Source of the DNA: an uncultured delta proteobacterium
Lineage (GTDB): Bacteria > Desulfobacterota > Binatia > Binatales > Binataceae
Direction of reading: 5' to 3'
Length of the DNA stretch: 64,000 nt
Assembly (NCBI GenBank): GCA_963808235.1
Contig: CAWEEQ010000003.1
Location: forward strand, 32,001 to 96,000
The translations under genes and the position numbers were made by a program. Shown here one piece after another: positions 22,225 to 33,601 of the stretch. The notes under the pieces are model-generated. The model searched no databases. It was not told the DNA's origin and saw only the letters and a program-made list of their open reading frames with translations. How positions within the stretch are numbered: position 1 is the first letter of the stretch; the number at the start of each line of letters is the position of its first letter.

Positions 22225-23289
22225 ATGCCTGATACTCCGCCGACAAGCCCGAAGAAATCGAAGTTCGCGGTGGCAATTGCTGTCATCGCGATCGTTGCGA
22301 TTGCAGGCGCCTATGCTGGGCTCTCTTATTATTGGCTCAATCCCACTGAGCGGTTTGTGCCGGCGCGGGAAGTTACGATTGAAAAGGGGGAGTCGTTTCG
22401 GCAAATCGCGCGCGCGCTCGAAGAGGCCGGCGTGGTGCGAAGTGCGCTCGCGCTGCGCTTCTACGGGCAGATGAATGAGACCGCGCGCGAAATCAAGCCG
22501 GGTGATTATGCGTTCAAAGGCGGGGAACGGATTCCCGACGTGATGCGCCATCTGGTCAACGGCGATTTTATCGTGGTCACGATCACGATTCCCGAAGGCC
22601 TGACGGTGCATCAGATTGCTGAGCGGGTGAACGAATCGGGGCTCGCTTGCCAGGGTGAGTTCGAAGATGCGGCGCGCGACGGGCCGATCGTGCGAGCGCT
22701 CGGACTGACGCCGCTCGGCGCGGAAGGATACCTGTTCCCGGCGACTTATCGATTTTCACCGCATGCGACCAGCACCGACGTGCTCGAGGCGATGCTCGCG
22801 CGCTTTTTTACGGTGCTGACGCCGGCGGTTGAGGAGCGGATGTTCGCGATGGGCCTCGACGCGCGGCGCCTGGTCACGATGGCCTCGATCGTCGAGAAGG
22901 AAGCGAAGGCGCCGAGCGAACGACCGCTGATCGCGGGGGTTTTCTACAACCGGCTGCGGCTCAACATGCCACTGCAATCGGATCCGACCGCGGAATACGA
23001 ACTTGACGGGGCCGGCGGATCGGCCGCGGCGGCCGTTCACAGCACATCGGCGTTCAATACCTATGACTTCACCGGTCTGCCGCCCGGGCCGATAGCGAAT
23101 CCCGGGCTCAAATCGATCGAGGCGGCGCTCTACCCTACGCAAACCGAGTATTTATATTTTGTCGCGCGCGAGGGCGGCACTCATGTATTTTCCAAGTCGT
23201 TCGATGAGCACAAGCGGGTGATCGCAAGCGAGCGAAAGGGAGTCACCGGCAGGACATCGGCAGATCCGAAGACCCTCGGGAAAAAATAG
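22225..23289 (+). CDS. mltG: Endolytic transglycosylase MltG
   Basis: TIPEG, EGYLFPATY, ASIVEKE, LQSDPT, GLPPGPIANPG and YLYFV motifs. Confidence 0.96.
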   Translation: MPDTPPTSPKKSKFAVAIAVIAIVAIAGAYAGLSYYWLNPTERFVPAREVTIEKGESFRQIARALEEAGVVRSALALRFYGQMNETAREIKPGDYAFKGGERIPDVMRHLVNGDFIVVTITIPEGLTVHQIAERVNESGLACQGEFEDAARDGPIVRALGLTPLGAEGYLFPATYRFSPHATSTDVLEAMLARFFTVLTPAVEERMFAMGLDARRLVTMASIVEKEAKAPSERPLIAGVFYNRLRLNMPLQSDPTAEYELDGAGGSAAAAVHSTSAFNTYDFTGLPPGPIANPGLKSIEAALYPTQTEYLYFVAREGGTHVFSKSFDEHKRVIASERKGVTGRTSADPKTLGKK

Positions 23290-23348
23290 CTTAAGAAGGC
23301 CGCGGTTAGACGGTCGCATCTGGATTGAGTACGCTATAATTTCATCCT

Positions 23349-24911
23349 GTGCCAAATCCCGTTGAGATCATCGGCAGCGCCGGCGCGCGTATCGCGCGGT
23401 TGGCGGCGATTCGCGTTTTTTTAGGCGCGGTCGGCCCGGCGTTGACCGCGATCGCACTCGGGCTGCTGCTCGGCCCGATCGGCGATCTCACGTGGACGAA
23501 ATGGGGCTACGCGTTGTCGCCCAGCAGCGCCGAGGCGCTGCTGATTGCGCTGCTTGCGGTCGGGGTGCTCGCGCTCGCCGCTGGAGCGGCGATGGCGCTT
23601 CGGACCTATCGCAGGCGGAGCGATTTTATCGGCGCTGCCGCTGAGCTGGATTATCTATTGGATAGTCAGGCGCAGATTCTCACGCTGGCGACGCTCGCGA
23701 ATCCGGCCGGTCCCGACGGTATCCGCGCGCGGCGCACGCCGCTGTTTCCGGTCTTGTGGCGGCGCGCGATCGCGTGCTTCGAGGGCTTCGACGCCAAGCG
23801 CGAATTCAAGCTCGAAGTCGGAGAACCGCTCAAGCGCTCCTCGATCTTCGCGGGCATCGTCGCGCTTGCGATGATCCTCGCGACGCTTGGGCTGGTGCGG
23901 GTGCCTTCGCCGGAAGCGCTGGAGGCGGCAAGGTTGCGGGCGATCGCGGTCAGGATTGCGCGCTCGGCGGATGCGACTGACGAATCCGACCTGGTCGCGA
24001 AGATTCGCGAAGCGGCCGACGCGCTCGATAATCCCAAGCTACCTCCCGAAGAAAAAAAGAAGCGCATCGAGGAAGCGATGCAGGAGGCGAAGAAGGCGGC
24101 CGAGAAACGCAGCAACAGTCAGTCGGGTAACGGCCAGGGAACCGGCAAGTCAAAGGCGCAGAGCGGAACCGGCAATAGCAAGGGAACCGGCCAGGGCAAA
24201 TCGGAGAGCGCAGGCACGGGCGCTGGTCAGGGTAAAGCCGGCACCGGCGAGGGCAAGAGCGAGGCTGGCAACACGCCGGGCAAAAATCCGGGCGGCAAGG
24301 GCGGCAACGGATCGGCCAAAAACAACAACGATAAGAACAACAACAATAAGAACAAGGGCGAGCCGTCGAGCGTCGATCTGCAAAACGAACTGGCCAAGGC
24401 CGAGGCACAAGTCGAAACTCCCGACGCGAAAAATCCCGGCACAGACAAGCAGCCCGGCGACGACAAGAACAAAGGCGGCGCCAACAAACCGGGTGAAGAT
24501 CAATCCAAGACGGGCGGCGACAAGTTCAATCCGAACATGCCTGGAAATATGCCGAAGCCGGGCAATGGTGATCGCAACGCGCCGGCGGCGGGCGGAAATA
24601 ACAGCAACACAGATCGCGGATCGAACCTCGGCGATACGCATCTTGGCGAGATGCCTGCGCCCACGAAGGCCCAGCGGTATCTGAAGCCGGGCGAGAAAGG
24701 CGATGCGCTCGATATAAGGGATGCGCGATATGTAATGTTCCGGATTCCGGGCGCGGCGGTTTCCGCCGGCGCCGGGAAGACGGTGCTCGACACTGATCGG
24801 CACAAGGCGACGACAGCATACGTGAACGCACCGCTCGCGCCGAGCAGCGACAATGCTCCGCCGGACGAGCGGCAACTGGTGCCGCCGCGCTATCGCGACA
24901 TGATTCACTAG
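23349..24911 (+). CDS. Membrane protein with coiled coil and G/K/N-rich disordered tail (MoxR operon partner)
   Basis: Three TM segments, low-complexity tail and terminal VPPRYRDMI motif. Confidence 0.75.
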   Translation: MPNPVEIIGSAGARIARLAAIRVFLGAVGPALTAIALGLLLGPIGDLTWTKWGYALSPSSAEALLIALLAVGVLALAAGAAMALRTYRRRSDFIGAAAELDYLLDSQAQILTLATLANPAGPDGIRARRTPLFPVLWRRAIACFEGFDAKREFKLEVGEPLKRSSIFAGIVALAMILATLGLVRVPSPEALEAARLRAIAVRIARSADATDESDLVAKIREAADALDNPKLPPEEKKKRIEEAMQEAKKAAEKRSNSQSGNGQGTGKSKAQSGTGNSKGTGQGKSESAGTGAGQGKAGTGEGKSEAGNTPGKNPGGKGGNGSAKNNNDKNNNNKNKGEPSSVDLQNELAKAEAQVETPDAKNPGTDKQPGDDKNKGGANKPGEDQSKTGGDKFNPNMPGNMPKPGNGDRNAPAAGGNNSNTDRGSNLGDTHLGEMPAPTKAQRYLKPGEKGDALDIRDARYVMFRIPGAAVSAGAGKTVLDTDRHKATTAYVNAPLAPSSDNAPPDERQLVPPRYRDMIH

Positions 24912-24960
24912 ACGACGAATTCGAAAAGGCAGGATTCTTTCAGAAAAGGAAGGATAACGG

Positions 24961-25980
24961 ATGGGAGCGGCTCCGCAACAAATTTCGCCCGACCAGAGGG
25001 TTGCAGATTTTCGGAAAGTATTTTCGCGCGCCGAGAGCGAAGTCGCGCGCGTGATCGTGGGGCATCAGGATGTCATCCGAAAATTGCTGACCGCGCTATT
25101 CTGCGGCGGGCATATCCTGATCGAAGGCGTTCCGGGACTCGGCAAGACCCTGATGGTCAAGGCGGCGAGCGAGACGCTGGGTTTGAGCTTCAAGCGAATC
25201 CAGTTCACGCCGGACTTGATGCCCTCGGACATAATCGGCACGCAGGTGCTGACTGAAGCCGAGGGGCATCGCGAGTTCCAGTTCAAGCAGGGGCCGATCT
25301 TCGCGCACATGGTGTTGGGCGACGAGATCAATCGCGCGACGCCGAAGACGCAATCGGCGGTGCTCGAGGCAATGGAAGAGCATCAGGTGACCGTGTTCGG
25401 CAACACCTATGTGCTCGATCCTCCGTACATCGTGCTGGCGACGCAAAATCCGATCGAGTTGGAAGGAACTTATCCGCTGCCGGAAGCGCAGATGGACAGG
25501 TTCATCTTCAAAGTCGTGATGGGATCGCCCAAGCCCGACGAACTGCGCGAGATCCTGACCCGCACGACGGGCACCGCGCAGAACCCGATTCATCCGCTGT
25601 TCGAGCCGGCTCGCGCGCCGCAGGCGATCGAGGATCTGAAGGCGCTGGTGCGCGAGGTGATGGTGGCGGAGCCGCTGGAAAGATACATCATCGGCGTGAT
25701 CGGCGGATGCACGCCGGGCGGACCGGGCGCGATTCCAGAGGTCTCGCAGTACCTGCGTTTTGGGCCGAGCCCGCGCGGCGCGCAGGCGATGATACTGTGC
25801 GCGAAAGTCAACGCGCTGCTGGCCGGACGGGTCAGCGTCAGCTACGACGATATCGACGATTCGATCGTTCCATGCCTGCGTCATCGGCTGCTGCTCAACT
25901 TCCAGGCGGAGGCGGAAAATGTTTCGTCCGAATCGATCCTCGAGCAGGTGATAAAGCGGCTGCGCAGGCCGCGCGCGTAA
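24961..25980 (+). CDS. moxR: MoxR family AAA+ ATPase
   Basis: GVPGLGKT, RIQFTPDLMPSD, DEINRA and TYPLPEAQMDRF. Confidence 0.96.
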   Translation: MGAAPQQISPDQRVADFRKVFSRAESEVARVIVGHQDVIRKLLTALFCGGHILIEGVPGLGKTLMVKAASETLGLSFKRIQFTPDLMPSDIIGTQVLTEAEGHREFQFKQGPIFAHMVLGDEINRATPKTQSAVLEAMEEHQVTVFGNTYVLDPPYIVLATQNPIELEGTYPLPEAQMDRFIFKVVMGSPKPDELREILTRTTGTAQNPIHPLFEPARAPQAIEDLKALVREVMVAEPLERYIIGVIGGCTPGGPGAIPEVSQYLRFGPSPRGAQAMILCAKVNALLAGRVSVSYDDIDDSIVPCLRHRLLLNFQAEAENVSSESILEQVIKRLRRPRA

Positions 25981-25983
25981 CCG

Positions 25984-26883
25984 ATGTTCGGACTGCCCGA
26001 TGAGTTCACGCCGGGATTTCTGGCCCGGCTCGAAAGGCTCAGGATAAGGACGCGCCAACGCTATGCGGGGCTTGGTCGCGGGATGCATCTGTCGCCCAAG
26101 CGCGGGTCGTCGCTGGAGTTCAACGATTTTCGCCATTACTCGCCCGGCGACGACTTTCGCTACATCGATTGGGGCCTCTACGGGCGCAGCGACAAACTCT
26201 ACATCAAGCTATTCCAGGAAGAGGAAGATCTGCTCACCTATATCTTCGTCGACGCGAGCGCGTCGATGGGCTATCCGCCGGCCGATCACAAATTCGAAGC
26301 CGCGATGGTAACCGCGCTCGCGCTTGCGTACGTCGCGCTCGCAAGCGGCGACCGGGTGATGCTGCGGGTGCTGGGCGGCGCGGGCGCGAAGGCGAATCCG
26401 TCATTCGTGACGGGACGGCATCGAATCGTCGAGCTCGCGCGGCGACTGACCGGGCTTAGACCGGCGGGGCAATTCGATTTTGCAAATTCGCTCGCGCATG
26501 AACTGCTGACGATTCGGCGCGCGGGCAAAGTATTCGTGGTGTCGGACTTCCTGATGCTGCTGAACTCGGTCACCCGCGGCCTCGGGATGTTCACCGCCGC
26601 CTCGATGGATTTGACCGCGGTGCAAATTCTCGGCGGGCGCGAGCTCGACGGCCAGGGACTCGACGGCGACGTCGAAGTGGTCGACTCGGAATCGGGCGAG
26701 CGGCTCAGAGTGTCGATCGGCGAGCGCGAGCGCACCCAGTATCGGGAGACGATGCTGCGGCTGACGCGGGAAATCAAATCGTTCTGTCTGAAGCGCGGAC
26801 TGCATTACGCGCTCTACGTCACCGATCACGACTTCGAACAGTTCTTCGTGCGCGCGGTGCGCGACCTGGGCCTCGCGCATTAG
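25984..26883 (+). CDS. DUF58 domain protein
   Basis: EFNDFRHYSPGDDFRYIDW, DASASM and SDF motifs; follows moxR. Confidence 0.93.
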   Translation: MFGLPDEFTPGFLARLERLRIRTRQRYAGLGRGMHLSPKRGSSLEFNDFRHYSPGDDFRYIDWGLYGRSDKLYIKLFQEEEDLLTYIFVDASASMGYPPADHKFEAAMVTALALAYVALASGDRVMLRVLGGAGAKANPSFVTGRHRIVELARRLTGLRPAGQFDFANSLAHELLTIRRAGKVFVVSDFLMLLNSVTRGLGMFTAASMDLTAVQILGGRELDGQGLDGDVEVVDSESGERLRVSIGERERTQYRETMLRLTREIKSFCLKRGLHYALYVTDHDFEQFFVRAVRDLGLAH

Positions 26884-26892
26884 AGTTTTGCG

Positions 26893-28695
26893 ATGGGACT
26901 GCTTTTTCCAGGCGCACTCGTATTCCTCGCTATCGTTCCGGCGCTGGTGCTTGCGTATTTGGCGCGGGAGCGGCCTTCGCAGGTTACGGTGTCGAGCGTG
27001 CTCGCGTTTCGCGCGCTGCGCGGTTTTCGGCGCGAGCGTTTCGGCGGATGGCCGCGCTTCGATTGGATGTTTTTTGCCGAGGCGCTGATCCTGATTCTCG
27101 CGGTGCTCGCGATGGCGGGGCCGTTTATCTGGAAAAAAACTAATCCGCTCGCAGTGGTGCTCGATAACTCGGCCGCGATGCAGGCGCTAACGCCGTCGGG
27201 CAAGACTCGTTTCGAACTTGCGCGCGAAAAGATCGACGCCGCGTTGTCGGCTGAAGACGGCGGCGAAATTTCCATTTACGTGACCGCGCCGCAGCCGCGC
27301 CGGATCGCGCCGGCATTCAACACGCTGACCGAGGCGCGGCTCGCGCTTGGGCGAATCAAGCCGACCGACGCGCCCAACGATCAGACGACGCTGGTGAATT
27401 TTCTGGGCAACCTGGCGGCTGAAGCGCGCGTCGCGAAGGTGATTTTCGCGGGGCTTAACACGCTCGCCGCGCCGGTGCCGCCGCGGATTCATCCGATAGC
27501 GGTCGGCGATCCGGTTGCCAACTTTGCGATCGGATCGTTCTCGCTGCGGCGCGAAGTCCTTGGCGCGGAAGCACTTCACGCGAACCTGACGGTCGGAAAC
27601 TTCAGCACCGAGACGCACACCCTGGAAATCGTCGTGACCGGAGACGGCAAGCAAGTCGCCCACGCAAAAGAATCTCTGGGCGCTCGCGAGACTGGATCGT
27701 TCGAGTTTCCGGCGCTGCGCCCGGCGCAGGTTTACAAAGTACAACTCGGTCCGGCCGACGCGCTCGCGCTTGACAACGTCGCCTACGCAACCGCGGGCTC
27801 GGTCAAGGCAGTCACGATTGCGTTCATCAGCCCGACTCCGGCCGACGCAAGCGGGCTCAAATCTATTCCGGGGGTCGAAGTTATCGCGCGCACTCCCGAC
27901 GCCTACCAGCCCGACGATCTGGCAAATGTCGATCTCGCAATTTTCGAGTACGCCATACCGAGGTCGATTCCGGCTGTAAACACGATGCTGGTGATGCCTC
28001 CGCCGGGGGATCGGGTCTTCGGCCTGCTCGTCACGCCGGCCGCGCAGATCCAAATCGCCGGATGGCGCCAGACCGATACGCTGACCGACTCCGTGAACTT
28101 CCGCCTGCTGACGCTGCGTGGCGGCGAATATTTCGGGACTCATCCGTGGATGAGCGAAGTGGTCAGCGGCGACGGCGGCGCGCTGATTCTGAAGGGCGAG
28201 CGCGGAGGGCATCGTTTTGTCGCGACCGGATTCAATCCGTTCCCGTATCTTGGACGGCGCAATCTGCCGATGTCGGTGCTGACGCTCAACGCAATCAGCT
28301 ACCTGGCCGGACTTGGATCGAGCGGCGCCGGTTATCGCACCGGAGAGCCGTGGCTGGTGCCGGCGGGCGTGAATAGCGTGGTGCTGCCATCGGGGAAAAA
28401 AATCGCAACGCAACCGGGCACGCTGTTCTCCGAAGTTTCGGAGCAGGGAGTCTATGAACTAATTGGTCCCGGCGGAGCGAAGACGCCGCGTGCAGTCAAC
28501 CTCGCAGATTTGACCGAGTCGGATCTTTCCAACTCGCCGTCGCTCAAGGTCGAAGCAGTAGGCGCCGGCGCCGGGGCCGAGCCGGTGATGGAGAAATCTT
28601 CGCTGAGCGATTATGTGCTCGCCGCGATAATCGCGCTGACGGCTCTGGAAGCGCTCATCGTGTATCGGCGGCGTCGCCGCTTTGCGGAGGCATGA
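26893..28695 (+). CDS. BatA/VWA domain membrane protein
   Basis: N-terminal double TM, LDNSAAM, DALALDN and C-terminal ESD plus TM. Confidence 0.85.
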   Translation: MGLLFPGALVFLAIVPALVLAYLARERPSQVTVSSVLAFRALRGFRRERFGGWPRFDWMFFAEALILILAVLAMAGPFIWKKTNPLAVVLDNSAAMQALTPSGKTRFELAREKIDAALSAEDGGEISIYVTAPQPRRIAPAFNTLTEARLALGRIKPTDAPNDQTTLVNFLGNLAAEARVAKVIFAGLNTLAAPVPPRIHPIAVGDPVANFAIGSFSLRREVLGAEALHANLTVGNFSTETHTLEIVVTGDGKQVAHAKESLGARETGSFEFPALRPAQVYKVQLGPADALALDNVAYATAGSVKAVTIAFISPTPADASGLKSIPGVEVIARTPDAYQPDDLANVDLAIFEYAIPRSIPAVNTMLVMPPPGDRVFGLLVTPAAQIQIAGWRQTDTLTDSVNFRLLTLRGGEYFGTHPWMSEVVSGDGGALILKGERGGHRFVATGFNPFPYLGRRNLPMSVLTLNAISYLAGLGSSGAGYRTGEPWLVPAGVNSVVLPSGKKIATQPGTLFSEVSEQGVYELIGPGGAKTPRAVNLADLTESDLSNSPSLKVEAVGAGAGAEPVMEKSSLSDYVLAAIIALTALEALIVYRRRRRFAEA

Positions 28696-28698
28696 GCG

Positions 28699-31275
28699 AT
28701 GATTCCGCCCGGATTGCCGCACGACTTGAGCCTGGCGCATCCGCTAGCGCTCTACCTGCTCGCGATTCCCGCGCTCGTACTGCTGTGGGGAATAGTCAAC
28801 ACGCGAGAACTTCGCGGCGTGCCGGCTCCTCTAATGCGCGCGATCGTGCTTGCGCTCTTTGTGATCGCGCTGGCGAATCCGCAGCATGTGATGCACTCCG
28901 AGGGCGCGGCGCGGCCGGTGATCGTCGACGCGAGCGCGAGTATCACGCCGCAGATGCGCGCGTGGACGGTTAAGTTGCTGCGTGACGAGCTCGGCCTTCG
29001 CGGCGGCGATCCGGCCTTCATGTTCGCGACCGGCGCGATCCCGGAAACGATCGCCGCGATGGAATCCGCGTTCGATAACGGCACGGGTTGCGCCGACTGC
29101 GGAGCCGGCGCCACCAATCTCGAAGGCGCACTGTACCGTATCGCCGCCGATCCCGATGCGCATGGCGGCCCGGCGGTGCTGGTGACCGACGGATGGCAAA
29201 ACCGTGGCGACGCGGAACGCGCGATAAGCGCGATCGTCTCCGCCGAGATTCGCCTCGATATCTTCACCCCGCCGGGTGCGCGGTCTATTCCAAATGTGGC
29301 GATGACCGAGCTCACGCTGCCGCACGCGCTCGAGAAGGCCGCACCATTCGCGCTCGGGGTCACGATGGAAAATCTCAACGACGCGCCGGTGAACGGCTCA
29401 ATCACGATCGATCGCGATGGACTCGAAATCGAGCAGCGCAAAGTCACACTCGCGCGGGGCTCCCAGCGCTTCGACTTTCCGGTCCATACCGAGAGCGTCG
29501 GGCTCGCTTCGTACGGCGCCGTCTTCAAACCCTCCGATCCTGCGCAAGACGCGTACCTGGAGGACGATTCGCTCAAGGGATGGGTCGGAGTTGGCGCGCA
29601 GCGAAGAGTTTTGATCCTTACCGACAGCGCGAAGGACGCAAACTATCTCGGCACAGTCGTGCGGCGGATGGGACTCGATCCGGCGATCGTGACGGTGACC
29701 GACGAACAGTGGGACGGCAGTATTGCGGGCTACGACGCGATTCTGATCAACAACGTGCCGAGCGAGCGAATCGCGCCGGCGGCGCAGAGCGCGCTCGTGA
29801 GTTACGTCAATCGTGGCGGTTCGCTCGCGATGATTGGCGGCGATTCGAGCTTCGGACTCGGAGGTTACGCCGACAGCCCGCTCGCGCCGGTGATGCCGGT
29901 GACGATGAAACCCCCGCAGCATAAGGAACGCAAACGCGCGCTGGTCATGGTGATCGACAAGTCGGGCTCGATGGGCCGCAACGACAAACTCACCTACGCA
30001 AAAGCCGCGGCCGGAACCGTTACCAAAACGCTGAAGGACTCCGACCTGATCGGCGTGATCGGATTCGATTCGCAGCCGTTCGTCGTAATTCCGCTCCAGA
30101 CGGTGGGACAGAGCCGCCCGTATTTCGAGGAAATGATCAACCGGCTCTCGGCGCATGGACAGACCTACCTGATTCCGGCGCTGAAGGAGGCTGAACGAAC
30201 GCTCGGTGGGAGTGGCGCGCAGGTGAAGCATGTCGTGATCCTCACCGACGGCGAGACCGGCGGCACCGCCGAGATGTACTACGACCTGGTTTCGCGGATG
30301 CATCATGATTCCGGCGCGACGATTTCGACGATCGCGGTCGGGCGCGAGGCCAACGTCGATCTGCTGCAGGCGATTGCGAAGTACGGCGGCGGATCGTACT
30401 TCCAGACCGACAGCGCGCAGAACCTGCCGCAGCTATTCGTCGAAGATTTCCGCAGTCATGGCGGCGAGACCACGATGGTCGAAAATGAGTTCTCGCCGCA
30501 CAGCGCGAATCCCGATCCGATTCTGAAAGATCTTGCGAGCCGCCAGATGCCCGCGCTCAAGGGCTACGTCTCCACCGAAATAAAGCCGCGCGCCGATATG
30601 AGTATGTATGTCGACAGGAGCGGCACCGAGGAACCGGTAATCGCGAGCTGGAGATATGGCGCAGGAAAAGCGATGGCGGTTACCACCGATGCGAGCGGGC
30701 GATGGTCGGGAAAATGGGTGACCGGAAATGTTTTCCAGCCGCTTTGGGACCGCCTGCTGGCGTGGATGACGCCCGAGTCGCCGGCCGAGCCCAAGATCGA
30801 TGTTGCGCTCGGCTACAACGCAGGACGAATCAATATCAAGCTTACCGACTACAGCGCCGAACCCGCCAACACGACCCATCTGGTGACGGTGCTGGTCACT
30901 CGTCCGGATGGGAGCAAAGTCGAAACGGCGCTCACCGAAGAAGTGGCCGGCGAACTGGCGGGATCGATCGAGGCGCCCGAGGCAGGGAACTACTATTTCG
31001 AAGTTCGCTCGCCCGCGGGCAAGGATAAAAAATTTCCGCCGCTCGCGTACACGGTGAGTCCTTCGGTCACCGCGGAGTTGCCGCGCCCCGAACCCAACTA
31101 CGGCCTGCTCGAGCATCTTGCGTCGGCGACCGGCGGGCGGCTCAATCCGACGCCGGCGGAAGTTGTGACCAGCCGCGCGACGATCGAGCGCCGGGTGTCG
31201 ATGGATCCGTACCTGGTCGTTGCCGCGATGATCATCCTGATCGGCGAGGCACTGGTACGACGCCTCACCGCATGA
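28699..31275 (+). CDS. VWA / glutamine-amidotransferase-like domain membrane protein
   Basis: DASAS, DKSGSM and LTDG MIDAS motifs; GGSLAMIGG...SFGLGGY. Confidence 0.88.
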   Translation: MIPPGLPHDLSLAHPLALYLLAIPALVLLWGIVNTRELRGVPAPLMRAIVLALFVIALANPQHVMHSEGAARPVIVDASASITPQMRAWTVKLLRDELGLRGGDPAFMFATGAIPETIAAMESAFDNGTGCADCGAGATNLEGALYRIAADPDAHGGPAVLVTDGWQNRGDAERAISAIVSAEIRLDIFTPPGARSIPNVAMTELTLPHALEKAAPFALGVTMENLNDAPVNGSITIDRDGLEIEQRKVTLARGSQRFDFPVHTESVGLASYGAVFKPSDPAQDAYLEDDSLKGWVGVGAQRRVLILTDSAKDANYLGTVVRRMGLDPAIVTVTDEQWDGSIAGYDAILINNVPSERIAPAAQSALVSYVNRGGSLAMIGGDSSFGLGGYADSPLAPVMPVTMKPPQHKERKRALVMVIDKSGSMGRNDKLTYAKAAAGTVTKTLKDSDLIGVIGFDSQPFVVIPLQTVGQSRPYFEEMINRLSAHGQTYLIPALKEAERTLGGSGAQVKHVVILTDGETGGTAEMYYDLVSRMHHDSGATISTIAVGREANVDLLQAIAKYGGGSYFQTDSAQNLPQLFVEDFRSHGGETTMVENEFSPHSANPDPILKDLASRQMPALKGYVSTEIKPRADMSMYVDRSGTEEPVIASWRYGAGKAMAVTTDASGRWSGKWVTGNVFQPLWDRLLAWMTPESPAEPKIDVALGYNAGRINIKLTDYSAEPANTTHLVTVLVTRPDGSKVETALTEEVAGELAGSIEAPEAGNYYFEVRSPAGKDKKFPPLAYTVSPSVTAELPRPEPNYGLLEHLASATGGRLNPTPAEVVTSRATIERRVSMDPYLVVAAMIILIGEALVRRLTA

Positions 31276-31291
31276 GGCGCAGAGAAAATCG

Positions 31292-31846
31292 ATGAGCGTC
31301 GAGGCTAAGCATCCGGACCATCGCGTGCAGAACAAGTATCCGGCCAAGGTGCGCTTCTGCCCACTGTGCGGCGCGTCGATGGCCTCGCGGATGGTGCTGC
31401 CGGAAAACAGTTTGCGCAAAGTATGCACGCAGTGCGGCTTCGTGCTTTTTCCGGGGCCGAAGCTGGTCGCGGGATGCCTGGTGATCGACGCGGGCAGAGT
31501 TCTGCTGATTCGACGAGGGATCGCGCCTGCGCTCGGCAAATGGACTTTTCCGGGTGGCTATGTCGATTTCGGCGAGAACGCGGCGGACGCGGCGATTCGC
31601 GAGACTCGCGAGGAAGTCGGGATGCGCGTCTCGCTGGGGCCGCTGCTCGGCGTCTTCACCGACCCGCAAAGCGTCGCGCTGACGGTGGTCGTCTATCTAG
31701 CCGCGCCTGGTCCGGACGCTCCCGGTCTCTCCGACGAGGCGAGCGAGGTTCGTTACTTCGGGCCCGACGAGATTCCATGGCATGATTTGGCTTTTCCGAC
31801 GACGATCGATGCGGTCACGGCGTGGGTCGCCTCGACGCGGACCTGA
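31292..31846 (+). CDS. NUDIX hydrolase with zinc ribbon
   Basis: CPLCG...CTQCG and Nudix box GGYVDFGE...[10 protein letters not shown]. Confidence 0.93.
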   Translation: MSVEAKHPDHRVQNKYPAKVRFCPLCGASMASRMVLPENSLRKVCTQCGFVLFPGPKLVAGCLVIDAGRVLLIRRGIAPALGKWTFPGGYVDFGENAADAAIRETREEVGMRVSLGPLLGVFTDPQSVALTVVVYLAAPGPDAPGLSDEASEVRYFGPDEIPWHDLAFPTTIDAVTAWVASTRT

Positions 31847-31854
31847 TCGCGAAA

Positions 31855-33546
31855 TTAATTATCGCGGGCCGGCTTCACCATTTGGTGCTCGAAAGCCGAG
31901 GACATCGTGGCGAGCGTATCGGCCTCGGCGGGCGTCTTGTCGTCGCGAATCCGCACGATTCGCGCGAATCGTAACGCGATGCCTCCTTCGTACTGCGGAC
32001 TGCGCTGGAGATCGTTGTAGGCGACCTCGACGACAACGGCTGGACGCACGGTCACGATGCCGTGCGATTCATCTGTCTTGAGCGCGAGCAGCCGCTCGGT
32101 CATATCGCGGAACTGCGCATCGGTGAGGCCCTTGAAAGTCTTGCCGACCATGACGAATGCGCCGGTTTTGTCGTCGCGCGCCGCGAGATGATAGTTCGAA
32201 AGCCAGCCGTGGCGGCGTCCGTAGCCCCACTCCGCCGCGATGATCGCCAGGTCAAGCGTGTGGGTGTGTTTTATCTTGAGCCATCCGCGGCCGCGCGCGC
32301 CCGGCATGTATTTGCTCGCCAGCGACTTCGCCATCACGCCTTCGTAACCGGCGGCGACCGCGTCGGCATAGAATTTCTCGGCCGCGGGCAGGTCGGGCTC
32401 GATGATCCGATCGACAAGATCCAGGCCGGCCGAGTCGGCAAGCGCAGCCAGCGCGCCGCTTCGCTCCACCAGGGGAAGATCGATCAGCAAGTCGCCGTCG
32501 AGCGCGAGGAGATCAAACACGAATAGCTGCACCGGCTGTTCGGCGCGCATCTTTTCGACATCGCGCGTGCGCCCAAACCGGCGCATCACTTCCTGGAACG
32601 CGGCCGGGCGCCCGCTTGAGTCCACGGCGATCACCTCGCCGTCGAGGATCGCGTGACGCTCTCCAAGGCGGCGCGCAATTTCGACGACCTCCGGCAGGCT
32701 CTGTGTAATCTCGTTCATCCGGCGCGAGAAAATTCGCACCTCGCCGGCGTCCAGATGATGCACCTGCACGCGCGCGCCGTCGATCTTGTGCTCGAAAGAG
32801 ATTTCCGGACCGAGCATCGCGAATGCCTCCGCGACGTCGGCGGCCGGCTGCGCGAGCATCGGCTTCAGTGGCTTCACGATTCGATCACTATGCGTGGGCG
32901 CACCGGTCGAAGACTTGTCCGCGGCGGATTGTTCGGGAGAGCGCAGCAGCCGCACCACGCGGCCGAGGTCCGCCTCGAGCATGTGGATGCGGCGAACTTC
33001 GGCGACCGGCCGCGAAGCCATCCTGGCAATCGCTTCGAGCATCAAACCTTCACTCATCCCGTGACGCATCTCACGGATCAGAATTTTGGCGATGTACTTG
33101 GCTTCCAGAGCGGATGCGCGCTCGAACAGCTCGCGCAGAGCATCGAGCTTGCGGTTGCGCGCGTGGCGGCCCTCGATAGCGGCTATCGCGGCGAATTTTT
33201 CGTTGATCTTACGAATCGTGAGGGTCGGCTCGGGGTCGTGCGGCCGGTGCTTGAGCATCATCTCGACCGCCTCCCCAAAGTCTTCGGCGGCGGTGAAGAT
33301 TTCTTCGCCCTGCTCTTCGGTGCCGGTCAGGCCCGCGACGATCTTCCAAATCGCGCGGCCGCTGATTTGTAGGCGCTTCTCCTCGCCCTGCTCTACTGCG
33401 CGTCCGACGATAAACCGCGCCGCGATCTCGGCTTCGTCGATGTCGAGCGCGGCCAGGAACGTGCCGACCGTCTCGGCCATCTGAAGGCGGCTCTGAGTCT
33501 GGCTGAGCGACTGGCAGACCAGGGCGAAGTCGTAGAATGAGGGCAC
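31855..33546 (-). CDS. ATP-dependent DNA ligase (LigB/archaeal type)
   Basis: EHKIDG adenylation motif, LDGE, FDLL, EGVMAK, WLKIK and LRFAR...RDDK. Confidence 0.95.
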   Translation of the reverse strand: MPSFYDFALVCQSLSQTQSRLQMAETVGTFLAALDIDEAEIAARFIVGRAVEQGEEKRLQISGRAIWKIVAGLTGTEEQGEEIFTAAEDFGEAVEMMLKHRPHDPEPTLTIRKINEKFAAIAAIEGRHARNRKLDALRELFERASALEAKYIAKILIREMRHGMSEGLMLEAIARMASRPVAEVRRIHMLEADLGRVVRLLRSPEQSAADKSSTGAPTHSDRIVKPLKPMLAQPAADVAEAFAMLGPEISFEHKIDGARVQVHHLDAGEVRIFSRRMNEITQSLPEVVEIARRLGERHAILDGEVIAVDSSGRPAAFQEVMRRFGRTRDVEKMRAEQPVQLFVFDLLALDGDLLIDLPLVERSGALAALADSAGLDLVDRIIEPDLPAAEKFYADAVAAGYEGVMAKSLASKYMPGARGRGWLKIKHTHTLDLAIIAAEWGYGRRHGWLSNYHLAARDDKTGAFVMVGKTFKGLTDAQFRDMTERLLALKTDESHGIVTVRPAVVVEVAYNDLQRSPQYEGGIALRFARIVRIRDDKTPAEADTLATMSSAFEHQMVKPARDN

Positions 33547-33601
33547 GTATCGAGATTAACCCGGCGCGCGGCAAATCGCACAAGCCGCCAAACGACCCCG
33601 C

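Noticed and set aside
31855-33546. NHEJ or phage-derived ligase locus
   Set aside because: No Ku, polymerase/phosphoesterase domains or phage genes nearby; it is a stand-alone LigB-type ligase
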